Assembly: GCF_009914755.1 (NCBI RefSeq)
Contig: NC_060934.1
Reading direction: 5' to 3' (one strand)
Source: the human T2T-CHM13v2.0 reference genome, Homo sapiens
Length of the DNA: 64,000 nt
Below the pieces are notes generated by a model. That model worked only from the letters and a program-made list of their open reading frames with translations, was not told the origin of the DNA and ran no database searches. A program made the translations under genes and the position numbers. This document shows, piece after piece, positions 57,983 to 64,000 of the stretch (positions are counted from its first letter, which is position 1; each line of letters opens with the position of its first letter).

Positions 57983-59236
57983 CTAGAAAAGCAAATGGCA
58001 GAAAGGTAAGACAACTTTATAATCAGAAAACATAGGATGTCCTCCTATATCAAACTGTTAGGAAGTAAGTCTCCAGTCAGGTATACAAATAACAACTCTG
58101 GCGGGGAAAAACCGTAAAATGCTAGTAAATCCCAAACTACAGCCTTTTCTCACTGCACCCATAGAAGGGAAAGAGGTTACCATAGAACTCAAAGGCAGAA
58201 CAGCTGCGAATAAGCAGGAGAACAACATGCGAATGAGATCACAAAGTACAAGGAGAAACTGAGCCCCATCCAGTCACCCTGTGGGCAAGTGCCTCTCTGC
58301 TCATTTCAGGGGGTTACAGCCTGCAACGGGCATGGGAGCCCCTGCAGCAGCCAGAAACTCACACAGTCCTCTCCATGAATGAGAAACCAGAACAATGGCT
58401 CAAAGGAGAGAACTGGGGGTCTGTCTCCACTCCTTTACAGGTCAGAAAGACACACACCTGGGATGGAGGGAAGGCATGACTTGTGTTTCTCATTAGTTTC
58501 AAAGAGATTATACAAATTGGAGAAATAGTTTACTAAATAAAATTGCTGGTGTACTAAGTTTAATGGCATTTGTAAATTCTTCTGTGGTCAAGCACTCCCC
58601 AAAAGTTATATTTCTTAAGGTGCTTTTATTCAGGTAAGGGGAACAAAAGCATCAGAGGGCCTGAGTCTGAGTTAGGATGGACAAACTCTTAACAGCAGGT
58701 GAACAGCCCTGGAATGTGAAGATGGATGAAGGGAGTGTCTTCCTGAATGAAGTCTCCTTTAAGGAGAGTGCGGTAATGTAGGACAGGCCAGGAGAATAAT
58801 GAGCTGGTGTCCATTGGGGATGCTAATGACAGAGCTCACATTCACTATGCACTTATTATGTGCCGGCACTCTGCAAGAGCTTCACACTAGTAGTTACAGC
58901 TGCCACAGTGACCCTACTCACTGTTAAGCCACATGAGCTTAAGGAAGGTTAAGTTACTTGCCCCAGGTCCCTGGTTTGCAAGTGGTGGAGCTGGGATATG
59001 AACCCAGGGGTCTGATGGCAAAGCCTCTGAGCTCACCACTGCCCAGTACTGCATGAGAGTTAAGGTTTGGGTTGTCTTCTCTCTTATTTCTCTTCCCCAC
59101 TGTGCTCTCTCCAGCCAGGATGGGAAACAAAGGCAATGGTCAGGACATGGCTGCCTTCTCCTTTGTATCTCCACTTGATCCAAAACATTCTTGTAGGTCA
59201 TTGGGTATATGTTGATTCATCCTCTAGACTAAAGTA

Positions 59237-59599
59237 CAGCTGACCCTGAATGACACAGGTTTGAGCTGCACAGGTCCACTTCTACACAAATGTTTTCTCA
59301 GTAATATGCTGAAAATTTTTTTGACATTTGCAGCAATTTGAAAAATCTTGCAGACAAACCACTTAGCCTAGAAATATCAAAAAAAAAATAAGGAAATGCT
59401 AGATATGTCAGGAATACAAAAATATATAAATAGATACTATACTATTTATAGGTTAATCAACTGTTTGTGTTACCCATGAGGCCTCTGGTTAACAGTAAGG
59501 TGTCAGTAGATAAGTTTTTGGGAAGTAAGAAGTTATATATGGATTTTTCACTGCAATGTGGAAGCCAAAACAACCTCCTCACTGTTAAAGGGTCAATCG
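59237..59599. mobile_element. Tigger2-family (Tc1/mariner) DNA transposon derivative
   Basis: TIR-like ends cagctgaccctgaa and ttaaagggtcaatcg, flanked by TA. Confidence 0.75.
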
Positions 59600-60179
59600 T
59601 ATTTCTCAAAGGAAAATTTCTAAAAATAAAACCTGTAGATTTCACTCCATGAGAAATGTGTCAAGAGGCCAGGCACAGTGGCTCATACCTGTAATCCTAG
59701 CACTTAGGGAGGCCGAGGCAGGCGGATCACCTGAGATCAGGAATTCAAAACTAGCCTGGCCAACATGGTGAAACCCTGTCTCTACTAACAATACAAAAAT
59801 TAGCCGGGAGTGGTGGTGTGTGCCTGTAGTCCCAGCTACTTGGGAGGTCGAGGCAGGAGAATCACCTGAACCCGGTTGCAGTGAGCCAAGATCGCATCAC
59901 TGCACTCCAGCCTGGGTGACAGAGAAAGTCTCCAACTCGGAAAAAAAAAAAAAAAAGAACTGCATCAAGAATCTAATGTCTTCTCCATTGCACAGCTAGG
60001 AAAATATAAGGAAGAAGTCACTGAAATAAAAACAGAAATATTTTTGTTATATAAACTTCAGGTGGCCTGACTGCTTCCCTACCACCTTTTGCTAGTATAT
60101 GAGCCTCTGGGTAGAAAGTTGCATCAACAACCGTTTTCTCCTAATCTAAATTATCTAGTGTTACAATAACAATGTTTAC

Positions 60180-60281
60180 CTCTTCATCTTCATCATCAAA
60201 CAGGGAAACCGACGTGGGGAGCTTGCCAGGCAGCAGAGATGCACCTTTTAAGTTACTCGCACTTTGAGAAGAAAACAAATC
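60180..60281 (-). pseudogene. FAM21EP: WASHC2/FAM21 duplicated exon, 102 nt ([34 protein letters not shown])
   Basis: Minus-strand tccaacag acceptor and gtaaac donor; phase 0-0; 34 open codons. Joins the 132-nt exon to form [13 protein letters not shown]. Confidence 0.85.
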
Positions 60282-60677
60282 CTGTTGGATTGAAATTAAA
60301 GTTGCTGGTTAACAGGAATATCAGTTTTTAAAATATCAGGTCAGTATAAAACACAAGTGACTCAGACATGACAGCTGCCATGTGTCTAGGCTTCTTTCCT
60401 GAGAGGGAAGGTGGCTCAGACAGAGTCCTTAAAGGGATAGGCCTCAGGGTCTGTGCAGGGTGTGTGCAGTGGCACTAAGGAGGAGGAGAGCTACAGGATC
60501 TGGTGGCCTCGCAGAGCCCAGGGGCTTCTGTATTCCCACCTGAATGACAGAAGGCAGGAATAAGTTTTTGAATCAATTTCCTACACCATGCTAAAAAAAT
60601 AAATATATAAGCATGGCTTCCCATTACTGTCTAAAGAATCAGAGATTAGACAGGGTCAATAAAGAAACAGGGGCTAG

Positions 60678-60982
<305 letters not shown>

Positions 60983-61083
60983 TGATCCGCCCGCCTCTGC
61001 CTCCCAAAGTGCTGGGATTACAGACGTGAGCTACCGCGCCCGGCCCACTTATTTCTTTTAAATAAATTCAAATTAAATTTTTA

Positions 61084-61497
<414 letters not shown>

Positions 61498-62231
61498 TTA
61501 TAAAACATCAGCTTATCCTGCAAAGAAAGACCTGCAAATTGAGCTACATGAAGTAGAAACATAAAATGGGACATCTAATCCCTTGGGAAGAGAAACATTA
61601 ATACACAAGAGCCGAACAATTAAATAGGACAAGAACATATTTTCTAAGACCTCTTCTGACAGTTTTTTTTTTTTTTTAAATCATGGGGTTGTTGTCTACT
61701 CCTCAAACATAGACCTAATGAGTTCACTAAGTGAGATCTCCTCCACACAGTGTTTTTCCCCTGTGCTTCCCAGAGTCCCATGGGTTTATTTAGATAGAAG
61801 AGGTCACAAGGGGAATTCCAGGCATCCTGTGCCCCTCCTGAATGTTACACAATGGCAAGAGAAAGGGTTCTGCTGTTCTAAGAAAATGAAAGTAAACCAA
61901 AGCAAAGAACAAAAACAAATGTCAACATCACAGTTTCGGACCCTTAACTAATACTTTTATTGGTACTGCAAAAAAAGACACTTCCATTACCTCAAATATG
62001 TTCCCCCAAAATGACTTCACAGGGCAAGCTTCAGCCCCACACTTGAGATATAGAGAAAGGAGTCACGATGCATTCCTTCGGGTCCAAAGCTTTAACTCTT
62101 ACTTAGACTGCCTTAGTTTTACTTCTCCTTGACTCAGAATCTGAACAATATCCAATAAAAACATTCACTCTATGATGACACACATGGGGCAAAGCCTTTG
62201 GTAGGGTTTTCACACAAGTCTGAGAGTTCAT

Positions 62232-62685
62232 TTACACTCCCACCATCAAGAAGGGGAGCCTATGGCCTCTCCCCATAAACCTGGATGGGCCATTGTGACC
62301 ATCTTGGCCAACAAATGAAGCAAAAGGACCACCGTTGACTTCCAAGGCTGGAAGACAGAAGGCAACATGGCCTCCACCGGACTCTCCCTGAGGACTCTCC
62401 CCTACAGCCCTGAGCCAGCATGTAAGAGGACTGGCTTCCCTGACTACATGCTGGGAGCCACACAGGGCTAGTGAGAGATGTCCCAGGGGCCCCAGTGCCC
62501 AGGTACCAGACATATGAGTGAGCTGACCCTCAGCCCAGCCACCTTCAGACACAAGAGACCCTCAGTGACAATGGCCTAGCTAAGCCCAGTCAACCTCTCG
62601 AAGTATGAGATAACAAAACTACTGGTGTTATAAACCACTAGGCTTTGGAGTTGCTTGTTTCATAGCAACAAATAACCAGAACACC
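62232..62685. mobile_element. MLT1-type MaLR LTR fragment
   Basis: acactcccaccatcaaga ... ccactaggctttggagttgcttgtttcatagcaacaaataaccagaaca. Confidence 0.65.
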
Positions 62686-63820
62686 TCGTAAGTCACTGAA
62701 ATTGCTCACATTTTGTTTTCTTGTCTAATCAACAATTACTGGATGGCTTACAACATGCCAAGCACTGGTATTAAGGACAGGGTGTTAGGGATACAAACGG
62801 AATAAAAAGTCCTGTCCTTGTGGCACTTACTTTAGTGGGAAGTAGAGACAATGAATAAGTAAATATACACTGTCCCTGGCAACACGTGCTGTGGTAAACA
62901 GTGAAATAGGAAGGAGGACCAGGAGCACAGGGTGGTACGTGCTAGCAGGCTTCCTGTTGTGTGTATTTCACAGCAAGGCCTCACAGAGAAATCGAAGAGT
63001 GAGGAAGCAAGCTGGATTCTGGGAACAGCATTCCTCAGAGTGGCAGGGGCCGGTGCAAAGACCCTGAGGTGCAGGTGTGGGTGACACAGGGGATCCATGA
63101 GCATAAGACGGTGGAGGCCCCATCATGCTGTTTCTCAGGGGTCAGGGTTGTGACTTGACTGGACTTTGGTTAATTCCCATGTTTTGTACACTCGCCTTCA
63201 ATGAAATAATAGCCTCAAAGGTATTCTTTATGTCAAGGGCAATCACTATACTTCCAAAGGGTTCCATGTTCATCCTTGCTGTGAGTGCAAAGCCCAACCA
63301 TGACAGCCTAACCTAGAGCCCACAGTTTCTTGAAACACATGTAAGTTTCTGCCATGTCCACATATTTTTCTGTAAAAGGGGCTTATTATTTCCCATTACA
63401 TTTCTGATACAGGTCTCCAATCTCCTAAAAGGCCAACATAAAATTAGATCTAAGACGACCTAGGCCTGAGAGACTCAGGAAAAGCAGTGAAATTCTGAGA
63501 GGTGGTTCTAAGGTGCCTGGAGGGACCAAAGCAACCTGTGAACCAGGGTCCCACAGGCTGTTAGTGGTCTCAGTCTCGACAAGACAGATGGCTATGCCAG
63601 AACCCATCTGCTACAGCATTAAGCCACGGTCTAGTTAGTGAAAATGTGAATAAAGGAAGTAGCATGGTGACCTCCACTCTGGTGCAAGCTCCTCATCACA
63701 TCATGAGCCCATGAACAGTTTAAAATCTGAGCATCCTAAAAAGAGAGAATTTTCATCCCAGGAAACGTAAATACAGTCCAACCCAAAAGTGAAAAGTATT
63801 GTAAACATATTGCTTTCTAA

Positions 63821-63973
<153 letters not shown>

Positions 63974-64000
63974 TGAGTAACTGGGATTACAGGCTCACAC

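Overview
Alu- and L1-rich human (primate) genomic DNA. Gene order fits the chr10q11.2 segmental-duplication mosaic, most likely the AGAP6 locus; paralog identity is recalled, not verified by search. (1) 1315-20130 (+): the last six coding exons of an AGAP4/5/6/9-family gene. Five micro-exons (69, 35, 101, 36, 52 nt) encode a peptide that aligns with the N-terminus of cyclin-Y-like proteins. They splice in frame into one 1476-nt exon that is an intronless, 5'-truncated AGAP1 retrocopy (PH-ArfGAP-ankyrin). The splice acceptor of that exon is built from former AGAP1 codons. (2) 30296-30368 (+): an orphan FAM25 exon 1, followed by a 40-bp minisatellite. (3) About 34293-37268 (-): a disrupted processed pseudogene of SLC9A3 (NHE3), abutting a pyrimidine-rich degenerate repeat. 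(4) 57851-60281 (-): two intact exons of a partial WASHC2/FAM21 duplicate. The rest is interspersed repeat, including a twin-primed L1 with a possible short 3' transduction. There are no prokaryotic features, CRISPR arrays, rRNA or tRNA genes. The best candidate for an unusual system is the cyclin-Y-like/AGAP1-retrocopy chimera, parts of which may already be published.
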